A DNA stretch of 64,000 nt from Octopus vulgaris (taxonomy: Eukaryota). The DNA lies in assembly GCA_951406725.2 (NCBI GenBank), contig OX597826.1:27590001-27654000 (forward strand). The letters are read 5' to 3'. Position numbers and translations under genes: made by a program. Each line of letters begins with the position of its first letter. Positions within the stretch are counted from its first letter, which is position 1. Below are positions 1 through 15,892 of the stretch, one piece after another. The notes under the pieces are model-generated. The model was not told where the DNA came from, searched no databases, and saw nothing but the letters and a program-made list of their open reading frames with translations.

Positions 1-362
1 ATCTATATACATGTATATATATATAAATATGTACATATGTATATCTGTATATATATATATGTATATGTCTTATGGCGGATTTAGAGCAATGCATAAGCTG
101 CAATCCTCCCTCATTCATTCGGCGCTTTTACTCAGTTGTATCTCTGTGAATTTTATGAATTACTAAGTGACGCCAGAAGCCATATGACAGGTTATTGTCA
201 TGGAGGGCCAAAAGGCATGTAATTCTGAAATGACATAACTTAAAGTAAGAGAAGGCTCGTGATATAAAAAAGGGGTAAAAAATATATATTTAAACTCCTA
301 AGCTGACAATCAACAAAGACTAGCCTTTTAACAGCTTCCCAATGCTAGTTCTAATACATATA

Positions 363-436
<74 letters not shown>

Positions 437-512
437 TATATATATATATACATATATATATGTGTGTGTGTTTATGTACATATATATATGTGTGTATATA
501 TATATATATATA

Positions 513-573
<61 letters not shown>

Positions 574-1015
574 AACACATACATACATACGTACATATAA
601 CTATATTCAGAACGGGAATGAAGCATGGCTAAATATAAGTATGTTTTTCCACATAAATGCATATATGTATGTATGTATGTATGTATATATATGTTTGTGT
701 TTGTGTGTGCGTGTGTGTGTGTGTGTGTGTGTTCTTATGTGTGTATAGTGGGGCTGTAAACGTGCAGGTATTTAAACAAGTACGATTGCTATAAAAATTT
801 ATCTATATATTTAGTGAGAATATAAGCAGATGGTTTTATATAAATACATGTAAATCTATTTGCATAAACGTTGAAATCTGTATAAAACATTCATACATGT
901 TACCGCACGCACGTACTCACCCACATAGACAGACACTCCCACAGACACATCAATATATTTATATATACGCATGTCTGCACACATATATATAGATGTACGT
1001 ATATCTATCTATATA

Positions 1016-1068
<53 letters not shown>

Positions 1069-1096
1069 ATAGATATATATGTATATATGTATGTAT

Positions 1097-1131
<35 letters not shown>

Positions 1132-1484
1132 TGTCTACCTATGTATACATATGGTTGCTAAATTTATATATCTATCTCTCTCTCTATATATATATATATT
1201 TACTAATTTGTATATATATATATATATGTCTACCTATGTTTGCTAAATTTATATATCTATCAATCTATCTGTATATATATATATATATATATATCACAAT
1301 CAAGGAACGGCCATAATAGGCCATTCACCCACTAGAAATAACAGCCAAAAGCTTTAACCGCAAAATAACATCAATTCCGTAAACCAGGAGAAAATTAAAA
1401 AACATTTACCCTGTAAAAGAATTCTACAAAATTTTTTTGGCAAAAGAATTCTACAAAATTTTTTTTTTTGCCACCCTATATTGA

Positions 1485-1525
<41 letters not shown>

Positions 1526-2363
1526 GTGTGTTATGCAAACACACTCAAACACACATACACATATATGCATATATACATTTATACATATGCATATATAGAT
1601 AAATATATGCATACATACGTATCTATATATATACATATATAGATATGCATATACAATAGGTAGATATATATATATGTATGTATATGTGTGTTACATGTAT
1701 GTATTTTCATTTATACAGAAGCACATATACTCATATATATATATATATAGATATCCATACATAAGTGACACATGCATCTATAGATGTAAAGGAATGCATG
1801 TGTACAGAGTATCGTAAAATAAAATACGGAAGCTCAAACGTGCATACAAGGGAAAACCAGTAAACGGATATATGTCTGTTAGTGTACATTTATTTCTATC
1901 GAGCAGCAAGCTTAACATTCTGATAATCCTATTAAGATAATCGGATTAATTATAGCTTGCTTTTAACAAATTTTTAAGATTTCTAGAAAATGGCGCTGTG
2001 AGAATGAAATTGTAATGTTTAATTGCTAGCACATATCCTTTAGTTATTTGGCGGGCTGATCTTACATGGATGACCCATGCCTCCACATAACATACGTACT
2101 CTCATGTGCATGCCTGCGCACAAACATACGGACAGACACACACACACATACACACTCAGTTATGCATCTATGTTTACTCGTATGTATACACATGTAAGTT
2201 TGTTTCTCACATACGTACATACTTATATGTATGCAAATACAGACGTATTTATAAGCATTTCTGGTTTATGTACAAAGGTATGGTAGGACCTGAGAATGCT
2301 GCGAATATATATGCATACACCACACACACACACACACACACATACATATGTATATGTACAGAG

Positions 2364-3381
<1,018 letters not shown>

Positions 3382-3382
3382 C

Positions 3383-3690
3383 TGTGAAGGCGCATGGCTC
3401 AGTGGTTAGAGCATCGAACTTACAACAGTGAGGTTGTGAGTTCGTATCCCAGACCGGGCTGCGTGCTGTGTTCTTGAGCAAGACACTTTATTTCAGCCGT
3501 AGAAATGAGTTGCGACGTCACTGGTGCTAAGCTCCATCGGCCTTTGCCTTTCCCTTGGCGTGGAGAGCGGAGCTGGTATGCATGGGTTACTGCTGTTCTT
3601 CCATGAACAATCTTCCCCGGACTTGTGCCTGGGAGAGTAACCTTCTAGGTGCAATCCCATAGTGATTCGTGACCGAAGCGGAAATCCGAT
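3383..3690 (+). mobile_element. tRNA-derived SINE
   Basis: A-box TGGCTCAGTGGTTAG and B-box GTTCGTATCC, followed by a CORE-like tgtgttcttgagcaagacactt segment. Confidence 0.75.
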
Positions 3691-3838
3691 ATATGTATAT
3701 ATACATACATACATAAATGTGTGTGTGCGCGTGCATGTGTGCTTGAAAATGTATGTACACATATATACATCTACATAAAAAGCATATGTATGTATATATA
3801 TATATAGAGAGAGAGAGAGAGTGAGAGAGAGAGAGAGG

Positions 3839-3874
<36 letters not shown>

Positions 3875-4433
3875 AAGAGAAAGATAGGTAAATAAATACA
3901 TACATACATACATACATACATACATACATACATACATACAAACGTACATACATAAGCAGACAGACAAACAAACAGGCATATAGATAGACCGAAAGTTGAG
4001 TATTTAAAGTTACAAAACCGCATAACTATTCTGGTCATTTCCCCCTGTTGACAGTACCGAAAGAAAAATATCTGAGAACGTCCATCGGAACAGGAAACCC
4101 AGCTGCAACAAATATGGAAGCAAAGGTTATCTTAGCACACCCTGCCCAGAAGTTCTGGAAAATTCGTTAAAAGTGTATACTACGAATGCTATGCTAGATA
4201 TTTATCCGAAATTTGAAAAATCACAAGTTCGGGACAAAGTACTGTTACCGAGGATATTTTCTTTCTTTTCTTTTTCTTTAAGTTTCTGACCCACTTTGCT
4301 CGAGGACACAGAGTGCCAATCAAATAGTGTTTTCAATTCAATCGACTCAAACATTTTCCATATTTCCCAGGTCTTGCTCTCGCCTCCGTAACAGGGCAAA
4401 TATAACAGACTATTATTATTATTATTATTATTA

Positions 4434-4823
<390 letters not shown>

Positions 4824-4831
4824 TTTATTAG

Positions 4832-4909
<78 letters not shown>

Positions 4910-4916
4910 TATTATT

Positions 4917-5436
4917 AGTGAGTGAGAGAGTAGCGCATGGCATCAAAGTGACGCTAGGATATAATATACCCATCATGACTACCCATCTGATAAGTGTACA
5001 CATGGCACATTCATTAACGTAAGTGTGTGACATGGTGATCTTATATCAAGATGAACAGCGCATGACTTTTCAGGTGGAGACCCAGTTAGAATTTTTTTCG
5101 TGTCAGTTAGCGCATCCCGCTCAAACATTCTTTCAATAAGGGTTGTTTAAGGATGTTAAACAAGACACTCATGTTTCCAGAGGTGAATTATCTACCCCCC
5201 ACAAAAAAATTTCCTCTCAACACATAGCTATGATGCTCCTCCACTACATCTGCCCGTGATCAGAGATCCACATATCATCAGCCACCATGGGACATGCTCA
5301 ACTGATTAAGGTCAAGAAACTGACAGGTAAATGTGGTATTGGGCAGAATATTTGCTGTAGCCCATCTTTCATATTAAGACAAAACAATGTACATGATAAA
5401 ACTTCCAATCATTTAAGATCAGAATCCATGAGAGCC
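4917..5436 (-). mobile_element. 5'-truncated non-LTR element 3' region in (TAA)n, family A copy 2
   Basis: Longer, more diverged copy of the same sequence, flanked by (TTA/TCA)n. Confidence 0.7.
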
Positions 5437-5437
5437 A

Positions 5438-5480
5438 TTTATTATTATTATTATTATTATTATCATCATCATCATCATCA

Positions 5481-5518
<38 letters not shown>

Positions 5519-5631
5519 GTTATTATTGTTATTGTTATTGTTATTATTGTTATTATTGTTATTATTGTTATTGTTGTTGTTGTTGTTGTTGGTATTATTA
5601 TTATTATTGTTATTATTGTTATTATTATTAT

Positions 5632-5710
<79 letters not shown>

Positions 5711-5826
5711 GTTATTATTGTTATTGTTATTGTTATTATTGTTATTATTGTTATTATTGTTATTGTTGTTGTTGTTGTTGGTATTATTATTATTATTGTT
5801 ATTATTGTTATTATTATTATTATTAT

Positions 5827-5914
<88 letters not shown>
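5438..5914. repeat. Compound (TTA/TTG/CTA)n microsatellite with 192-bp higher-order duplication
   Basis: The variant pattern starting at 5518 recurs at 5710. Confidence 0.85.
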
Positions 5915-5917
<3 letters not shown>

Positions 5918-6640
5918 TCGTTTTATTTTTAAAGCGTGCTTTCACTTCAATACCGCGCGCAGCTCTGTATGCCTTGGGTATGTGCTGTGATTTGTTGTGA
6001 TGCTCTAATGGTTATTGTATGGAAAGTGTTCTGCGTAGGATTTGTGCAGTGCCTAGTAGTGCAAATTTCTGTATGTTATATGTGTTTGTAAGTCCTGGTG
6101 TTTTTGTTATGTATTTGTCTGAATATTTTTTTTTATCATGCCTAATGCACCTACTATGATAGGTATTGTTTCTGTTTTTAGATTCCACATTCTGGTTACC
6201 TCTATTTCCAGGTCTTTGTATTTTGAAAGTTTCTCCATTTCTTTTAGAGACACGTTGTTATCTGCCGGTATTGATACATCAATTAGAAAGCATTTTTTCT
6301 TCATGATCTCTGACAACTATATCTGGTCTGTTGGCCTTAATTTCTCTATCTGTGTGTATTGGCATATCCCAGAGTATGGTTGCTTTCTCGTTTTCTGTGA
6401 CCTTTTCTTGTGTGTGCCTGTACCATCTTTTTTCTGTTGTTATTCCATAATGTTGGCATAGCATCCAGTGTATGTAGGTTCCAACTCTGTCATGTCTGTG
6501 AATATATTCCTTCTTAGCCAGGACTGGGCAGCCAGAGATAATATGATTTATTGTTTCTTGTCCATCTCCACATATTCTGCAGTTACTTATTATATTTCTT
6601 TTCATTACATGTTTTTGGTAATTTTTGGTGAGGAGGCTTT
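5915..6640 (-). mobile_element. R4/Dong-like non-LTR retrotransposon 3' fragment (CCHC finger plus restriction-like endonuclease), frameshifted
   Basis: CRICGDGQETINHIISGC, YIHRHD, ILWD, NRPDIVV, FLIDVSIP, EKLSKYKDL, IPIIVGALG, ALLGTAQILRR; stop near 6012. (TTA)n at both junctions. Confidence 0.9.
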
Positions 6641-6652
6641 TATTATTATACT

Positions 6653-6740
<88 letters not shown>

Positions 6741-6742
<2 letters not shown>

Positions 6743-6885
6743 CCTTTGCTCAGCTTCTAACGCTGGAGATTAACTACACTATCAGTTGTTCACTACCAGT
6801 GAACTAAGATAACACCTCTTATTTTTCGAGCACATTCTAGAGTATTCGAGCGGTTCCAAGTAGTGCTGTTTTCTGCAAGTGCTCC
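6741..6885 (-). mobile_element. R4/Dong-like extreme 3' fragment, family C
   Basis: Encodes EHLQKTALLGTARIL; same family as 51779-52065; lies between TAG and TAA tracts. Confidence 0.75.
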
Positions 6886-6974
<89 letters not shown>

Positions 6975-6975
6975 C

Positions 6976-7268
6976 ATATGTTTGACTTTTGCTTTGTATT
7001 TGTACAAATTGGCTCCAAGTCTCAACCAGAGACCTCAAGAGACAACATATTAGAAGTTCCTGTCTGTGTTATGCCTAGGATGCCATATATTTGGTTTTGT
7101 ACATATTGTTGTTCTAGAGAATGTTTAAGAAAATATAAGAAAATTGTGTTTGTTTTAATATTTGAGATTATATAGACAGTATTTTACGTAGGATATGGGT
7201 ATCTTTTGAATTTCTACCATTTTGGTGTTTCCTGGTATCAGAGCTAGGTAGCAATCAGCCCCTTTTGC
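6976..7268 (-). mobile_element. R4/Dong-like extreme 3' fragment, family D
   Basis: Degenerate KGADCYLALIPGNTKMVEIQK C-terminus plus UTR, between (TTA)n tracts. Confidence 0.55.
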
Positions 7269-7309
7269 TATTATTATTTTTGTTATTATTATCATGATTA
7301 TCATTATTA

Positions 7310-7399
<90 letters not shown>

Positions 7400-8124
7400 G
7401 CAATTACATTTTAATATCATTTTCCATTTTATATCTTTTAATATTTCCTTCCATTCTCTGCCCAGCTTTTTTACCTTGTTCGTGTTGTTCTTGTTCTTTT
7501 TTGTGTTGTTGTAAATATTTTTTATTGTTGTTATTGATATTAATTTTTTTCATTTATTATTTTTTCCTAATATTATTTGTATTAATATTCTAGAATTTAT
7601 TGCTATTCTTCTCCTTTATCTTTTTATTATTTTCGCCTCCTCTCCTCCTCCCCTCATCCTCCTCCTCTACTCTTCTAGATGTGACTCATGCGATGAAAAA
7701 TAATTCAATTAAAAAAGAGACACGATATAATAACCGAGTATAATATAAAAAAATATACAAATGCTATTCCAGCTTTGCTATTCTCCATCGATAAATCGAT
7801 ATATTTATTTTGAAATCCTTCATCTTTAACTCTTCCTTGTATCATCTCTGTTATATTGTATGCTTAATATTTCGGGCATTGTAGATTTATCAGAGATACT
7901 GTTGATAACATCGTGTTTTCTTCTTGTCTTATTGTCCATACATGCTTTGCATTCATTGCGTCAATGAAAGACATTGGTGAATATTCTGTGCCTGACATAT
8001 CGCACGTATTCCTATTTTATTTAGCGTAGCCTAAATTATATATGTATATGTGTATGTATGCATTGTGTGTGTGTACGTTTTGTGTATGCGTGTGTACGTT
8101 GTGTGTGTGTGTGCGTGCGTGTTT

Positions 8125-8370
8125 GGTGGTACGTGTCCTAATGGTTAGAGTGTTGCACTCACGAACATTAGATCGTGGTTTCCCTTCCGGAACAGGGCAG
8201 CTGACTGTGTACTTGAGCAAAACATTTTATTCAACGTTACTCCAGCTCAATCTGCCGTAAATGGGTAGCCCTGCAGCGACGTACCCTTCCGATCAGTCAG
8301 AAGTGCATCGTGACGAGCGATGTAAAACATGATCGGATAGACTACTGGTCTGATCAATAAGTATCCGGAT
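8125..8370 (+). mobile_element. Degenerate tRNA-derived SINE
   Basis: cctaatggttagagtg A-box remnant and gtgtacttgagcaaaaca CORE-like segment. Confidence 0.5.
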
Positions 8371-8479
8371 TGTTACCATACACTCCTCTCCATATACTTT
8401 TTGCAACATTGCCTCAGCCTCTGGGCAAGTATCGCAATAACAACTTTCTCTGTCATGCGATGATCACATGCCAGAGACC

Positions 8480-8800
8480 TTCCTTCCAAGCACTTTGAGA
8501 TGCTGAACTTTCGTAGATTTGACAGTATAAGCTGGAAAGATAGGGTAACAATCACTTTTATTGGAAAACCTGAAAGTTCAAAGACACCGATTGTTGGAAA
8601 TGAAATCCAGAAGTTATATTTTTAGACATACGATTTGTCTTGTGTTATTGCCTAAGACAATCCTGACAGGAAGTGCCGATGGGCCGGGTGCAAACGGCTG
8701 CTAAAAAAATTGTGTACTGATGACATCAAAGGATAGCCCGGAAACTAGAGCTTGGCTGATTGCATGTATGCTATACAACAGAGAGGGATGTGGTGAATCA
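8480..8800 (+). mobile_element. Degenerate RTE-clade LINE 3' fragment
   Basis: Broken peptide remnants FEMLNFRR, ISWKDRVT, LPKTILTGSADG and DDIKG resemble RTE/BovB C-termini. Confidence 0.45.
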
Positions 8801-10197
8801 TGGAATATCGACTCCCGAATACTGAAGGAAACCTGGCTGATATAAAACAAGTTGCCATTAAATTAAATGTTCATTCAAGAGTACATGTATATTAGAGTAC
8901 ATTCAACAGTTTATTAGAGTACATGTTAAGTTTTGCAAAGGAAGTGTTGACAGTGTTTTCCAAGTCTAGGATGCCGCAAAAAATATTACTTAGAAGCCTC
9001 TCCCATTCTTTCGCTAAATGTTTTAGTACCTATGAAGCATGGTTTTCGGAAAAAGAACAAAGAAGAAACAAAAAGGTTCGTATGTAAGTCTTTTCAAACT
9101 TGATCTTGCGGAACATCCAGAGTTTCCCAGATGAGAGGACATAACTGCACCAAAACTGACGCTCTATTCAATTGCCCAGTTTGAGGCAACGGGAAATGGA
9201 ATAACTGGAAGTAGAAAGGCACAGTCTTGTTGGCAACTGCGTCACACTGATACTGCACGAAGATTAAGTTCCGAATACCCGAGTGGATAGAATAATCAGC
9301 CACTTGTACATTATTTCACGGATAGAAAATTCAGTTAATGGAAGAACTAGATATTCAATCGTGGGACGAGCGAAGACGATCAACATCACCATTGCCACAA
9401 TTCTCCTGCTTATAGCAAAAAGCAAGAACCGAATGCCAAACCGTCCAAGGCGGAAATTTCATTTATTTGATACCTGCGCAATCAACGAAGACTTTTATAT
9501 GAACAACGACAACAACAACAACAAGTGGTTTAGTATTTTAAGTCATTTAATGGTTGTTTCAAGTTTTTTATTGAATGTACGAGTTTCTTTGTTGGTGTTT
9601 GTCTACAACTGGACATTTTTTGCTCCGAGGTGTAAAATTATATTTATAGATTGAAATGTTTGTTTTACTTCGAAATGAGTAATTTTCTTGTTTTCATTTC
9701 AGCAGTCACGTGTTTCAAGTTCCTGCTGCTGCTGCTGGTTGTTAGTGGTGGTGGTGGTGGTGGTTGTGGTTGTGGTTGTTGTTAGTGGTGGCACTTCTTC
9801 AGCAACGAAGACGAATAAAAACGAAAACAACGGATATACGTAACTGAGTAAACTTGTGATTGGGCTGCATAAGTAGAATATGTATTCAATAAGACATGGA
9901 AAAGAGAGATACGGAGAGAGAGAGAGAGATAGGGGGGGAGAGAGAGAGAGAGAGGGAGAGAGAAAAGTGATGGATGGGGAGAAAATGGGTAAAAGAGGGA
10001 GATGGACAGGTAGACAGACACACAGTCAGACAAACATACAAACAGGAAGATGGAGAAATAGATTGATAGAAAAGTAGAAAGCTTGTTTGATTGATCGAGT
10101 GATTGATGGAATGGTTGATTAACAGACATATGCATATGTATATATATATACGTATATATGTATATATATATGTATGTATGTATGTATGTATATATAA

Positions 10198-10232
<35 letters not shown>

Positions 10233-10359
10233 AATGTATGTATGCATGTATGTATAGATAGATAATAGAGAGAGAGGGGAGTGGATGGATAAATAAATAG
10301 ATTGATAGATAGATAGATAGATAGATCAATAGAGAGAGAGAGAGAGCGGGTGATATATT

Positions 10360-10396
<37 letters not shown>

Positions 10397-10854
10397 CGAA
10401 CAGAGAGAGTTTGAGAGGAGAAATGTACTTTTTGAAAGAATTATCAACATTAATGCGGGTACACGCATTTAAGCAATGTCACGTGCCATATTAGTTGCGA
10501 TGTAGAGACAAGTTTCTGTTCAATTGATAAAGCAGCGATGTCGCTTTAACCCCCACCGTCTTACTTACCAACGCATTTCAAAATTTCCTTCGCAACCTTT
10601 CTCTTCCATCCCGTATTTATTTATTTATTTACTTATTTATTTCCTTTATTTATTTATTTCCTTTATATTATTTCTCGGTTTTTATTCGCTTTTTTACGAT
10701 CCTTATACAATGTTCATGCCGATCGCCATTTTATAATTTTATTCCTATTGACTCTCGTTCTCTCATTGAAGTATTTTCGTTTTCCCTTCATTTTGTTTCT
10801 ACATTTTTATATTTTTGCTATCATTTATCTTTTTTTCGTTTTGCTTGTTCGTTT

Positions 10855-11432
10855 TATTTCTTTCAGTCATTAGCTGCGACCATGTTGGGGCACCCACCAC
10901 CTTGAATTATATTTATAGATTGAAATTACTCCCGCTACGTAAACCTCGGATACGTATTGCATTGGACTCTTTCGTCGAACTGCTAATTAACGGTGACATA
11001 AACAAAGCAATAACGGTTGTCGAGTTTGAGGGGGAACAAACACAAACTCAAAGACACACGCACACACTCACACAATCACACACACAGATATGTATACAGT
11101 GGGCTTCCACGCAGTTTCTTCCCATCAAATTTACTCACAATGCATTACTCAGCCCAGAGATAGGGCAGAGGTTATTCGCTCCAGAGTCGAGGCACATGGC
11201 CTAGTGGTTCTCTCACTCTTTCCTCATGCATCTTGCAGCTCACCAGTGACGGACCGACGTTCCGTCCAGGTGGGGAACCTATACGTCAAGGAAACCAGGA
11301 AACCGGCCCTTATAAGCCAGGCATGGCTCGAGAAGGAACAAACAATTTGCCCCAGATGCCACGCGCTAGAACTGAACCCCAATTCACATGGTTGCAAGAC
11401 AAGCTTCTTAGCTCCACGGTGATACCAGCGCC
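10855..11432. mobile_element. Nested SINE fragments
   Basis: tttcagtcattagctgcgaccatg family plus gggcttccacgcagtttc...tgccacgc...gaacc family, interrupted by another SINE piece at 11188-11345. Relatives at 12274-12395, 24485-24925, 33415-33760 and 63230-63430. Confidence 0.6.
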
Positions 11433-11449
11433 TATATAAAATTATTTTA

Positions 11450-11848
11450 GGGCAGCGAGCTGGCAGAAACATTAGCACGCCGGACGAAATGCTTAGCGGT
11501 ATTTTGTCTGTCTTTACGTTCTGAGTTCAAATTCTGCCGAGGTCGACTTTGGCTTTCATCCTGTCGGGGTCGATAAATTAAGTACCACTTGCGTTCTGGG
11601 GTCGATCTAACCGACTGACCCCCTCCCCCAAAATTTCGGGCCTTGTGCCTATAGTAGAAAAGTAAATTTTTTTAAGGCGGAGAGCTGGCAGAAACGTGAG
11701 CACGCCGGGTGAAATGCTTAGCGGTATTTTGTCAGACGTTACGTTCTGAGTTCAAATTTCGCCAAGGTCGAATTTGCCTTTCATCCTATTACAGTCGATT
11801 AAATGAGTACAAGTTACGCACTGAGGTTGATGTAACCGACTTAATCCA
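11450..11848 (+). mobile_element. Two tandem tRNA-derived SINEs (ggcggcgagctggcagaaacgttagc family)
   Basis: A-box TGGCAGAAACGTTAG-like, B-box GTTCAAATT, central gcctttcatcct.tcggggtcgataaattaagtacc domain. Confidence 0.8.
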
Positions 11849-12190
11849 TATGAGCGTGTCCACACACCCTCATATACAACTGTATACTTGCGCATACCAC
11901 CCCTTCCTACCTCCCCTCCAACACCCTGACCGTTTTCTTGTCTATCATGCGGTCGATTTCCTGTCTACCACGTGGTAGTTCAACATGGAGTGTTTACCAA
12001 CTAACTGTCGTCACTGACATACAGTTGTAACAAAAAACCACGAAAGCATGTGACCTTCGCCGACCAATCGCAGCCCACCTTATGGTAATAACTATCAATT
12101 TCTTTCATTCAAATTCAAAATGGCTGAAGATTAGAGTCACGCCTGAAACTCTTTGAGTACCAACGAATTTGAATCAAACACTTTTGATCC

Positions 12191-12222
<32 letters not shown>

Positions 12223-12504
12223 TACATACACACACACACATACACACGGGCACACTTAAATATATATACATGCGACAGGCTTCTTTCAGTTTCCGTCAAC
12301 CAAATTCATCCTAAAAGGTTTGGCATGCTCGAGGCTATAGTAGAAGGCACTTGCTCGTGTTGTGGTGGCAGGTAGAGGGGCTGAACCTGGAATTATGCTC
12401 CGTTATTTCCTTAAACAGTAGTCAACTCTTATTCAATGTTCTTTCCTGTATGTCCTCACAGTTTGCGATTTCGAAATCTTTGCTCTTGTCCACGACGCTG
12501 TTGA

Positions 12505-12910
12505 CGATGAGTTTGTTGCTGCTGATGATGCTGTTTGTTGTGCTAACGATGACGACGATGATGATAACAATGATGATGATGATGATGATGATGGTGTTCA
12601 TGACGACGACAATGACGATGACGACGACGACGACAACGACGATGACAACGACGATGACAACGACGACGATGACGACAATGATGATGATAATGATTACGAT
12701 AATGATGATGATGATGACGATGATGTTCATGACGACGACGACGACAACAACGATGACGACGATGATGAAGATAATGATTACGATAATGATGATGATGATG
12801 ATGATGATGTTCATGACGACGACGACGACAACGATGACGATGATGATGATGATGATAATGATTACGATGATGATGATGATGATGATGATGATGACGACAA
12901 CGACAATGAC

Positions 12911-12944
<34 letters not shown>

Positions 12945-13230
12945 ATGATAATAATGATGATGATAGTAATAGTAGTAGTAAGTAGGAAGAGGCAGTGGTA
13001 GTAGTGGTGGTGGTGGTGGTTGTAGCAGTAGCAATGATGATGATGATGCTGATACTAATGATGATGCTGATACTAATGATGATGATGATATCAGGGACGA
13101 TAACACGACAACACCACCGCCATGGTAAGGATGAAGAGGAAACGTCAGTGAAGGAGGAGGAAGCGGAGGAGGAAGCGGAGGAGGAGGGGGGAGAAGTACT
13201 GCTTGACGAAGATGAGGATGAAGATGCTGA
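12505..13230. repeat. (GAT/GAC)n compound microsatellite with internal higher-order repeats
   Basis: The block gttcatgacgacgac...ataatgattacgat recurs three times. Confidence 0.85.
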
Positions 13231-13566
13231 TCGCTACCAACAGTTAACGTTAATGTTTATATTATTGTAGTTTAATTTTTTTTCCCATTGGTTTCATAAA
13301 AATTTCTAAACATATATGCAAATTTTGCAGCTTTTGTCATTTAATAAAAAAAAAATGTAATAATGTACAAACAACAAAACAATAAATATAAGAAAAATAA
13401 ATAAATAAACAAGCCAGTATACGAACAAAAGATATAAACAAAAAAAGGTAAAACATGGAATATAAATTAAAAAATAGTTTGGTTTTACGAAATACTCCAT
13501 TCAATAAAATAAATTTAAATCTCCCCCTCGCCCACATGAAAACTTTAATAAAAATACGAACTGATG

Positions 13567-13612
<46 letters not shown>

Positions 13613-13820
13613 AGCACAAGCTGTTATGTATACGCATATATATATATATATATATATACATATATATACATACATCAATATACATATATTTAGTTACATA
13701 TATGTATATATATATGTGTGTGTGTGTGTGTGTATGTGTGTGTATATATGTATGCATATATATGTATAAATATGTATATACATATATATATATATATGTA
13801 TATATATATGTATTTATACA

Positions 13821-13867
<47 letters not shown>

Positions 13868-14482
13868 ATATATATATGCCATACTTATACAGGAAAGATC
13901 AATAAAGAAATGCATAATATAAAAAGACAAATTTTAAAACTGAAAACATTAAAACAATATATACACAGAGAAGCACTCTTGTTAGAAACGCTGCTTTCTG
14001 CGGCCATATTTTATTCTATTTTATTTTATTTTCTGCTGTTTTATTCTATATTATTTGATTTCATTCATTCTTTCTTTCTTTCTTACTTTTTTATCCCTTC
14101 TGTTTTTGTCTTCGGTGCTCTTAGAGAAAGGGAAACGGATAAGATAGAAATATTCTCTTATAAGGCAAGACAAGTATCGGTAGGGTGAGAAGTGGCTGGG
14201 TAAGTAGGTAGGGGTGTGTTCTTGAGAAAATGGCGTCATTCTGGACAGTTCCTTTAAGTCTTTTAATTAAATATTTCATTGTCAAACTTCCAAACCCACC
14301 CTGATCATGGCACACACTGTCGGCTCCGCACTAATATATCCAACGTCACCATTCTACACGCATTTTTATAATTTATTTATTTATTTGTTCATTTATTTTA
14401 ATTTTGGATCTTATTTTTACTTTTATACTATTGTCATTTATATATATCAATTTTATTTTATGTCTGCAACCACCACCACCAA

Positions 14483-14525
<43 letters not shown>

Positions 14526-14629
14526 GCCACCACTACAACAGCAACTACTACTACCAGCGCCACCACCACTACTACTACTATTGCTGCCGTTGCAGCTGCG
14601 GCTGCTGCTACTAATATTTCAACTACTAT

Positions 14630-14663
<34 letters not shown>

Positions 14664-15059
14664 GCTGCTGCTGCTACGACGACGACGACGATGATGACGA
14701 CTACTACTACTATTGCTGCTGCTACTACTGCTGCGGCTATAAACAGAAGGCCACGCGCCACCACTTCCTACATGTTACCACCATTAACGCCAACTCAATT
14801 AAATAACAAGAGTAACTGCCACAACTACAATCATGAACAACACTAACAACAACAACATCAACAATATTGTTATCACAATGATAGCCACCAGCACTACCAC
14901 TACTAATACTATCACCGACACCACCACCCTTACGGAAGCAACCAACACCACGATGACAAACAACAATATCAAAGGACACGACAGCAACAGTAGCGACAAC
15001 ATTAATAATTCCAACATTACACCTCCAGCCTCTGATGCTATACTCATTCACTGTAACCG

Positions 15060-15096
<37 letters not shown>

Positions 15097-15102
15097 GAAA
15101 TA

Positions 15103-15667
15103 TTGGGCTGTCCGGAAAGTTCGCGCCGATTTTTAAAGGAAAGAAATAAGGTCAATAAATACTTGCCATTACATTTTTAATCAACCAAATATGAACTATT
15201 TTGTTGCACGATGCGTCTCCATCTTTCCTTTAACTTAATAATGCCCTCTTCGCAGAGTTGAGGTGGTTTCATGGCAAATAATTCATCAAGGTATCTTTTT
15301 ACGTCATCCAAGGAATTGAAATTTTTACCATTATGACTATTCGGCAGAGACCTGAATAAGTTGAAATCCGAAGGAGCAATATCTGGTGAATATGGAGGGT
15401 ACGGTAACACATCCCAGCCGAGCTGCAGCAATTTTTGTCTGATTCCCAAATCCTCAAGAGCCGAAAATGAACATTCTTATCTTCCATTTTAAAGGGTTAC
15501 AGAATTAACACAGATTATAGGAACTTAAACCTTCTTCCACGAAAAGATAGCTTAAACTGCTCTAAATGGAGGTGTAGTCAAATCCTATTTCATGGACTCA
15601 ACCATGTTCTAAAATATGTTGAAAGGTAAGCTACTATAAATCGGCATGAACTTTCCGGACAACCCAA
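15103..15667 (-). mobile_element. Internally deleted mariner DNA transposon
   Basis: TIRs ttgggctgtccggaaagttc...gccgattt / aaatcggcatgaactttccggacaacccaa, TA on both sides (15101-15102, 15668-15669). N-terminus MEDKNVHFR is joined to the C-terminal LGWDVLPYPPYSPDIAPSDFNLFRSL. Confidence 0.92.
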
Positions 15668-15892
15668 TACTTTTGCTGTTTTCTAAATACCGAGGCTTTT
15701 CTATGTGGTTGCTTGCTTTGCTAGAAATAACAATGAATTTTATGAACTTATAAGTTATAGATACTTTGCACTGAGGCCATGGCCTAAACGACTTTGATCT
15801 TAGGTTTAAGGAGCTTGGAGTGAATACACCGACTACAGCTACAATGCTTCTACTTTACAACAGTAACAACAACAACAACAACAACAATAATA

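Noticed and set aside
3383-3460. tRNA-like sequence (also 35160-35233 and 37278-37350)
   Set aside because: SINE heads with A/B boxes running into SINE bodies; no complete cloverleaf.
5287-6000. 237-aa Tyr/Cys-rich ORF
   Set aside because: Read-through of a TAT/TGT microsatellite between two retroelement fragments.
9050-9660. Non-repetitive stretch with 69- and 123-aa ORFs
   Set aside because: No recognisable motif or convincing splice pair in the frames I read.
14307-15180. Thr/Ala-rich mucin-like ORFs
   Set aside because: (ACT/GCT/AAC)n repeats; frames do not join into a coherent protein.
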